Below are positions 57,917 through 64,000 of a stretch of 64,000 bases of DNA, piece by piece. The notes beneath the pieces are model-generated. The model was not told where the DNA came from and did no database searches. It saw nothing but the letters and a program-made list of their open reading frames with translations. A program made the position numbers and the translations under genes. Positions within the stretch are counted from its first letter, which is position 1. Each line of letters begins with the position of its first letter. Source of the DNA: an uncultured delta proteobacterium (GTDB lineage Bacteria > Myxococcota > Myxococcia > Myxococcales > Anaeromyxobacteraceae); the NCBI GenBank assembly GCA_963845515.1, contig CAWJSR010000023.1, positions 160,001-224,000 of the forward strand. Direction: 5' to 3'.

Positions 57917-59036
57917 CTACGTCAGCCTCGTGCCGAACGCCCGACCGACGGCCCAGGTGATCCCGGCGGCGACGGCCGCGAGGCCGACCATGCGGAGGGC
58001 CGAGCGGAGCACGCTCGTCCCGGAGAGGAAGCCCACGAAGCCGCCGACGCCGGCGAGCACGAGCCCTGCGAGCAGGCTGGCGGCGATCACCGCGGGCGTG
58101 CCCGTCGTCACGAGGAAGGGGATCACCGGCACGATCGCGCCCACGGAGAAGAGCGCGAAGCTCGCGACGGCCGCCCCCATCGGCGAGCCGAGGTCGTCGG
58201 GGTCCAGCCCGAGCTCTTCCCTGATCAGCGTGTCGGCGGCGGAGTCCGGGTTCTTCAGCAGCTCGGCCGCGGTCCGCGCCGCCTGCTCGGGCGAGAGCCC
58301 CTTCTGCTGGAAGATCAGCGTGAGCTCGGCCGCCTCCTCCTCCGGGGCCTCCTGGATCTCCCGCTTCTCGAGGTCCACCTGGCGCCCGAGCAGGTCACGC
58401 TGGCTCGCCACGGAGCTGTACTCGCCGGCCGCCATCGAGAAGGCGCCCGCCAGCAGCCCGGCGAAGCCCGTGAGGACCACGGTCCTCGGCTCCACGCCGG
58501 CGCCCGAGACGCCGACGATGAGCGAGAGGTTGGAGACGAGCCCGTCGTTCATGCCGAAGATGGCGGCGCGGACCGACCCCGCGCGCCCGCTCGTCCCATG
58601 CCACTTCTCTCTCGCGGCGATGGCGGCGCGTGCGTCGGGGCGCTCTCCCTGGGGAGTCATCGCCGCCAGGGCGGCGCGGTGGGCCCGCTCCTCGATGGCC
58701 ATGGCCGTCGCGTCTCCGCCCTGCAGATCGTACTTCTCGGCGTCGCCGCTCTCGGCCTGGATCACGAGCGGCACCACGGCACCCGAGCCCAGCCGGCGCG
58801 CGAGCCAGACGAGCGCGCGCACCCGCGACGACGCCCGGTTCGGCGGCAGGGGGATGCCCGCCTTCGGCGAGCTTCCGCTCCCAGATCCCGCCGTGGCGAC
58901 GCTCGGCCTCGGCCATCTCGCGGAAGGCCGCCGACTTCGCCGGGTCCTTCTCCCACTTCGCGAGGCCGTCGTAGAGGGCCGCCCCGTCGCGCTCGTCGAC
59001 GAGGTTCTGCATCCAGACTTCGGTGCGGGGATCCAT
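57917..59036 (-). CDS. VIT1/CCC1 transporter with ferritin/rubrerythrin-like N-terminus; apparent frameshift at ~58850
   Basis: DE.DGAALY..EAERRH; RAAIFGMNDGLVSN, SMAAGEY, REELG. Confidence 0.85.
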
Positions 59037-59102
59037 CCCGCCGAGTGTAGTCGGGGCCCGCGCGCGCGGCAGCTTCCTCTTGGGGGCGAGCCGGTGGGAG
59101 GG

Positions 59103-59726
59103 CTACTCCCCGCGCATCCAGCGCTTCAGCTCGGGCACCACCTTGCGGCTCCAGCCGCGCCCGGACCGGACCTCGAGGAATACGGCCACGAGCGCGTCGA
59201 GCAGCGCGGAGAGGCGCTGGGAGAGGAAGAGCCGCTCGAGCAGCCGCTCGTCGTCCTCCTCGGCGATCAGGTCGGGGAGCTTCGCCGCGCGGACGTCGAG
59301 GTGCTCGGCGTCCAGCGTCGCCTCCCATGACTTCTCGCCGTGCTCGATCCGCAGCCTCGCCTGGTGGACGAGCAGGCCGGCGTCGAGCGCCCGCTTCACC
59401 TGGGCGGAGTACGGGGCCTGCGTGCCGCGGGCCACGAGCTCAGTCACGTCTCCGAAGGCGCCGCGCAGCACGAGCCGTCCCGTGAAGACGACGCTGACGT
59501 CCTCGCCGTCGAGCCGCGCGAGCGCCTCGGTCGACTCGGAGCGCCAGAGGAGCCAGGTGAGCAGCTCACGCCCCAGGAAGGCGTGGCCGCGGAGGAGCTG
59601 CTCGCGCGCCGAGTCCCGCTCCTGCTCGGCGGCGTCGCGCTCGTCGGCGCCGGAGTCGACGCCGTCGATGCCCGCATCGCCTCTCAGGATGGCCGCCTCA
59701 CCGCGCGCCTCGGAGCGCCGGCTCAT
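59103..59726 (-). CDS. RdgC-like hypothetical protein
   Basis: FLGRELLTWLLWRS, LLERL; tandem with the upstream RdgC-like gene. Confidence 0.6.
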   Translation of the reverse strand: MSRRSEARGEAAILRGDAGIDGVDSGADERDAAEQERDSAREQLLRGHAFLGRELLTWLLWRSESTEALARLDGEDVSVVFTGRLVLRGAFGDVTELVARGTQAPYSAQVKRALDAGLLVHQARLRIEHGEKSWEATLDAEHLDVRAAKLPDLIAEEDDERLLERLFLSQRLSALLDALVAVFLEVRSGRGWSRKVVPELKRWMRGE

Positions 59727-60346
59727 CGCGCCACCTCCGCCCCGCGCGGAGCGCCGACCAGCTCGGCCGTCGGGCCCAGCTTCTCGAGCGCCGCGCCACC
59801 ACGCGCCGCGAGGGCTGCCGGCGAGCCGGGCGTCAGCTTCGCGCCGAAGGCGGTCTCGAGCGCCGCGGCGATCTCATCCACCACCTTTCGCGAGGCCACC
59901 CACGCGAGCAGCTCGTTGGTCTCCAGGTTCCAGGAGAGGTCGAACGTCCTGGTGGCGATCGGGGTGCGCAGTCGCAGCTCCCGCCGGACCGTCTCGCGGG
60001 CCGAGGCCCGCTCGGCCCGCGCGGGCGGCCGACGCTGCTTCGCGACGAAGGCCGCCTCCCACTTCGCCAGCTCGACCTTCACCGCCGAGGCGCGGACCGC
60101 GACCGAGTCGATGCGCCAGGCGAAGAGGGCCCACTCGCCGAGCGCGACGGCCCCGACGCTGAACCGGGTGGAGCTGGTCTCCTCCCGCTCCACGAAGCCG
60201 GCCGAGCGATCGTCCTCGCTCCGCTGGAGGTCGAGCGGCTCGAAGGCGCCCTTGGAGAGGCTGCGGGTGAGCCACCTGCGCGGATCGCCGGCGGGAGGCT
60301 CTACGGTGAAGCGGGAGAAGGTCGCTGAGCCGCTCTGGAGTCCCAT
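59723..60346 (-). CDS. RdgC-like protein
   Basis: MGLQSGSATFSRF, RSAGFV, FAWRID, LETAFG. Confidence 0.65.
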   Translation of the reverse strand: MGLQSGSATFSRFTVEPPAGDPRRWLTRSLSKGAFEPLDLQRSEDDRSAGFVEREETSSTRFSVGAVALGEWALFAWRIDSVAVRASAVKVELAKWEAAFVAKQRRPPARAERASARETVRRELRLRTPIATRTFDLSWNLETNELLAWVASRKVVDEIAAALETAFGAKLTPGSPAALAARGGAALEKLGPTAELVGAPRGAEVAR

Positions 60347-60502
60347 GGGGGCGCGGACAATGGTGGAGGGGAGGGCGGGCGTCAAGCTGCGACGGCGCCT
60401 GCCCGCCGGTGGCCCTGAAGGGTCACGACAGCCGGGACCCAGATGGCCGTTGCATGGGCCGTCGCGGCGAGGCACGAGTGGAGGTGAAGCCGAGGAGCCC
60501 CA

Positions 60503-61576
60503 GTGGTCCCGACCCCAGATCCGGCGATCCTCTCCATCGGCAGGGCGCTGCCGCCGCACTACGCGGACCAGGAGACGCTCACCGCCGCGCTCAGCGCCTT
60601 CTGGGCGCAGCAGCACTTCAATGGCGAACGGCTGGGCCAGATCCACCGGGCCGCGCTGGTGGCGGGGCGATACCTCGCGCTGCCGCTCGCCGAGTACCCC
60701 GGCCTCGACACCTTCGGGAAGCGGAACGACGCGTACATCCGGGTGGCGCTGGAGGTGGGCGAGCGGGCGGTCCGCGATGGGCTCGCGCGCGCCGGGCTGG
60801 AGCCGCGCGACGTGGATCACCTCTACTTCGTCACGACGACGGGGCTCTCGACCCCGTCGCTCGACGGGCGGCTGGTGAACAGGCTGGGGCTGAAGCCGTC
60901 GGTGCGGAGGACCCCCATCTTCGGCCTCGGCTGCCTCGGAGGCGCGGCCGGGATCGCGCGCGCCTGCGACGCGCTCCGCGCCTGGCCCGACGAGGTCGCG
61001 GTGATGCTCTCCGTGGAGCTCTGCTCACTCACGCTTCAGAAGGACGATCTCTCGGTCCCCAACGTCGTGGCCACCGGCCTCTTCGGCGACGGCGCGGCGG
61101 CGGTGGTGCTCGGCGGCGGCGCCCGCGCGCCCCGATCCGGCGCCCCGCGCGTCCTCGCCACCCGCTCCGTCTTCTACCCGGAGACCGAGTGGGTGATGGG
61201 CTGGGAGATCGTGGACAGCGGCTTCAAGATCCTGCTCTCGGCCAAGGTGCCGGAGGTGGTGGCCGCCAACGTCGGCGCGGACGTGGATCGCTTCCTCGCC
61301 GAGCACGACCTGCGACGCTCCGACATCGCCCACTGGATCGCGCACACCGGCGGCCCCAGGGTGTTGGAGGCGATCCGGACCGCCCTCGACCTGTCCGAGG
61401 CGGCGCTCGCCCGGAGCTACCGCTCGCTCCGCGAGGTCGGGAACCTCTCTTCCGCCTCGGTCCTCTTCGTCCTCGGCGACCACCTCGAGGCGGGCGAGGC
61501 GCGCGAAGGGGACCTGGGGCTGCTCGCGGCGATGGGGCCCGGCTTCGCGGCCGAGCTGGCGCTCCTGCGGTGGTGA
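60503..61576 (+). CDS. Type III polyketide synthase (FtpA/SrsA-like)
   Basis: GLGCLGG, VELCSL, LFGDGAAA, HTGGP, GNLSSAS, MGPGF. Confidence 0.93.
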   Translation: MVPTPDPAILSIGRALPPHYADQETLTAALSAFWAQQHFNGERLGQIHRAALVAGRYLALPLAEYPGLDTFGKRNDAYIRVALEVGERAVRDGLARAGLEPRDVDHLYFVTTTGLSTPSLDGRLVNRLGLKPSVRRTPIFGLGCLGGAAGIARACDALRAWPDEVAVMLSVELCSLTLQKDDLSVPNVVATGLFGDGAAAVVLGGGARAPRSGAPRVLATRSVFYPETEWVMGWEIVDSGFKILLSAKVPEVVAANVGADVDRFLAEHDLRRSDIAHWIAHTGGPRVLEAIRTALDLSEAALARSYRSLREVGNLSSASVLFVLGDHLEAGEAREGDLGLLAAMGPGFAAELALLRW

Positions 61577-62148
61577 CCGTGCCGACGCCGCGCGCGCTCC
61601 TCCACGGCTACCTGGCGCTTCTCCTCGTCGAGCGCACGGTCGAGCTGCTCGTCTCCCGCCGAAACGCGCGGCGCGCGCTCGCGGCCGGTGGCGTGGAGGC
61701 CGGGCGGGGCCACTACGCGGCGATGGTCCTCTTTCACGCGGCGGTGCTGATCGCCTGCGCGGTAGAGCCCATCCTCGCGCCGCGCCAGTGGCCGCTCGCC
61801 TTCTCGTTCGCCGCCCTCGCGCTGGCGGCCCTGGCCCAGGGGCTGCGCTGGTCTGCGGTGGCGACCCTCGGCGAGCGCTGGTCCACGCGGATCGTGGTCG
61901 TCCCCGGCGCGCTGCCGGTGACAGGCGGCCCCTATCGGTTCCTGCGCCACCCCAACTACCTCGCGGTCGCGGTCGAGCTCTTCGCGGTGCCGCTCATCGG
62001 CGGCGCGATCTTCACCTCGGTCGTCGCCTCGATGGGCAACGCGCTCCTGCTCTCGATCCGGATCCCGGCGGAGGAGCGCGCGCTGGGGGACGCATGGGCG
62101 CGCGCCTTCGCTGGGCGCAGCCGGCTCCTCCCGGGGAGGCGCAGGTGA
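61573..62148 (+). CDS. Isoprenylcysteine carboxyl methyltransferase family (FtpB/SrsB-like)
   Basis: ER..EL..S.RN, HY..MV..H, LGERWSTRI, GPYRFLRHPNY, RI..EE. Confidence 0.9.
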   Translation: MTVPTPRALLHGYLALLLVERTVELLVSRRNARRALAAGGVEAGRGHYAAMVLFHAAVLIACAVEPILAPRQWPLAFSFAALALAALAQGLRWSAVATLGERWSTRIVVVPGALPVTGGPYRFLRHPNYLAVAVELFAVPLIGGAIFTSVVASMGNALLLSIRIPAEERALGDAWARAFAGRSRLLPGRRR

Positions 62149-62420
62149 CGACCGCCGAGGCCGCCGTGGCCGCCGAGATCCTCCGGATCGTCCGCGAGGA
62201 GGTGGGCTTCGCGGGGGCGCTGCCCGGGCCCGACGAGCCGCTGGCGGGCCGCCTCGACTCGCTCATGCTCCTCACGCTGGTCGTGGCGGTCGAGGACCGG
62301 TTCCACGTCCTCCTCGACGACGACGATTCGGCGGGCGCCCGAACCCTCTCGGACCTGGCGCGGATCGTCTCCGCGCGGGCCGAGGCCGGGCGGCTGCCGC
62401 TCGCCGGGGCGGCGCCATGA
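62145..62420 (+). CDS. Acyl carrier protein
   Basis: LDSL..LTLVVAVEDRF. Confidence 0.85.
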   Translation: MTTAEAAVAAEILRIVREEVGFAGALPGPDEPLAGRLDSLMLLTLVVAVEDRFHVLLDDDDSAGARTLSDLARIVSARAEAGRLPLAGAAP

Positions 62421-64000
62421 AGCTGCGCGGACCACCGGCGCCGACGCTCCGCCACGCGACGCTCGTCGGCGCGCTCGCCGCCGCGGCCGACCACTGGAGC
62501 GCCGTCACCTTCGTCGATCTCCGCGAGCGCGAGGTGCGGATTCTCATGGGCGAGATCCACGAGCGCGCGCTGCGAGCCGCCGCGGCGCTGGCCGAACGCG
62601 GCGTTCGGCCCGGCGACGCCGTGGCCATCGTCCTCCGGACCGAGCCCGCGTTCCTCGACGCCTTCTTCGGGACCTGGCTGGCCGGCGCGGTGCCGGTCCC
62701 GCTATACCCGCCGGTCCGACTCGGCAGGATGGAGGAGTACCTCGCCGGCACCGCTCGGATGCTCTCGGTCTCGAAGGCGGCGCTGGTCGTGTCTGGCGGC
62801 GGGACCCTCCGGCTGCTCGGCGAGGCGGTGGAGGCGGGAGGGGTGCGCCTGGGGATCCACGACGCAGCGGGGCTCGTCGCCGGGACCCGCCGGCTCGAGC
62901 GAGCACCCGCGGCCGGCGACCTCGGGCTCGTCCAGTTCTCCTCCGGCTCGACGGTCGATCCGAAGCCGGTGGCGCTGACCCACGGGGCGCTCGCGGCGCA
63001 GGTGGGCGCGCTGCTCCAGATCGTGGAGCCGACCCAGCGAGACGCGCTCGTCTCGTGGCTGCCGCTGTACCACGACATGGGGCTGATCGGCTGCCTCCTG
63101 GGGGCGCTCAGCTACCCCGGGCCGGCGGTCCTCATCCCGCCAGAGCACTTCCTGGCGCGGCCAGCCCTCTGGCTGCGCGCGATCTCCCGCCACCGGGGCA
63201 CGGTCTCGGCAGCGCCCAGCTTCGCGTACGCCTACTGCGCCGACCGGGTGAAGGACGAGCAGCTCGACGGCTGCGATCTCTCGTCGTGGCGGCTCGCCCT
63301 CGACGGCGCCGAGCCGGTCTCCGGAGAGGCGATGCGCCGCTTCGCCGGCCGCTTCGCCCCCTTCGGCTTCGCGCAGCGGGCGCTGGTCCCGGTCTATGGC
63401 CTGTCTGAGGCGGCCCTGGCGGTGACCTTCTCGGCGCCGGGGGGACCGCTGGAGGGGCGGAGGATCGACGCCCTCCGGCTCGCGCGCGACGGCGCTGTCA
63501 CGCCCGGCGATCGCGAGGTGGTCGCGGTCGGCTTGCCCATCCCCGGCGTCGAGGTGGAGCTGCGCGGCGCGGACGGGCGCGGCGTCGGCGAGGCCAGGCT
63601 TGGGAGGATCTGGGTGAAGGGGCCCTCGCTGATGCAGGGCTACCTGGGAGACGACGCCGCGACGGCGCGGGCGCTGGTGGAGGGCTGGCTCGACACCGGC
63701 GATCTCGGCTTCGTCGCCGGCGGGCTGCTCTACGTCCACGGCCGGGCCAGGGACCTCGTGATCGTCCGCGGTGCCAACCACGCGCCGGACGAGTTCGAGG
63801 CGGCGCTGGGCGGGCTGTCCGGCCTCCGTCCCGGCTGCGCGGTCGCCCTCGGGTTCACGCCGCCGGGCGGAGGAGGAGAGGAGCTGCTGCTGCTCGTCGA
63901 GCGCGGGCGCGACGCGGACGAGGAGTACGACGCCGTGCTCGAGGCGCAGGTCAGGTCCGCGGTCACCGCGCAGACCGGTGTCGCGCCCCACACCGTCCGG
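62417..64000 (+). CDS. Fatty acyl-AMP ligase (FtpD-like), 3'-truncated by window
   Basis: GAVPVPLYPP, QFSSGST..PK, SWLPLYHDMGLIG, YGLSEA, DTGDLG. Confidence 0.88.
   Translation, partial: MKLRGPPAPTLRHATLVGALAAAADHWSAVTFVDLREREVRILMGEIHERALRAAAALAERGVRPGDAVAIVLRTEPAFLDAFFGTWLAGAVPVPLYPPVRLGRMEEYLAGTARMLSVSKAALVVSGGGTLRLLGEAVEAGGVRLGIHDAAGLVAGTRRLERAPAAGDLGLVQFSSGSTVDPKPVALTHGALAAQVGALLQIVEPTQRDALVSWLPLYHDMGLIGCLLGALSYPGPAVLIPPEHFLARPALWLRAISRHRGTVSAAPSFAYAYCADRVKDEQLDGCDLSSWRLALDGAEPVSGEAMRRFAGRFAPFGFAQRALVPVYGLSEAALAVTFSAPGGPLEGRRIDALRLARDGAVTPGDREVVAVGLPIPGVEVELRGADGRGVGEARLGRIWVKGPSLMQGYLGDDAATARALVEGWLDTGDLGFVAGGLLYVHGRARDLVIVRGANHAPDEFEAALGGLSGLRPGCAVALGFTPPGGGGEELLLLVERGRDADEEYDAVLEAQVRSAVTAQTGVAPHTVR

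Noticed and set aside
1..64000. CRISPR array, tRNA/rRNA, integrase or transposase
   Set aside because: None recognisable by eye; small RNAs could have been missed

Overview
Very GC-rich bacterial DNA. The codon style, the RdgC-like gene pair and an ftpABCD-type PKS cluster suggest Myxococcota/Anaeromyxobacter-like origin (inference). Most of the window (1-56 kb) is a sulfur-acquisition island. It holds a sulfur-carrier-dependent Cys/Hcy synthesis operon, cysDNH-cysTWA-sbp-porin, transsulfuration genes, metK and several sulfonate-type ABC transporters. Its centre is an unusual anaerobic radical system: five radical SAM paralogues with a CX8CX2C motif, coupled in one module to a nitrogenase-like H/D/K set whose D subunit has only one Cys, and in a parallel module to an HgdC-type activase plus 2-hydroxyacyl-CoA-dehydratase-family proteins. 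A 14-bp palindrome (consensus TCCGTTATAACGGA) occurs nine times in eight promoter regions, including that of an XRE-cupin (SutR-like) regulator, and defines a probable regulon. An arsR-methyltransferase-hgcA-hgcB mercury-methylation operon is embedded in the island. It converges on a gene missed by the ORF track that has two in-frame TGA codons and SECIS-like hairpins (candidate di-selenocysteine protein). The right end has an MCP, a VIT1 protein, an RdgC-like pair and a type III PKS/ICMT/ACP/FAAL cluster. About eight genes carry apparent single-base frameshifts, most likely assembly errors. All calls come from motif recognition by eye; no database searches were run.
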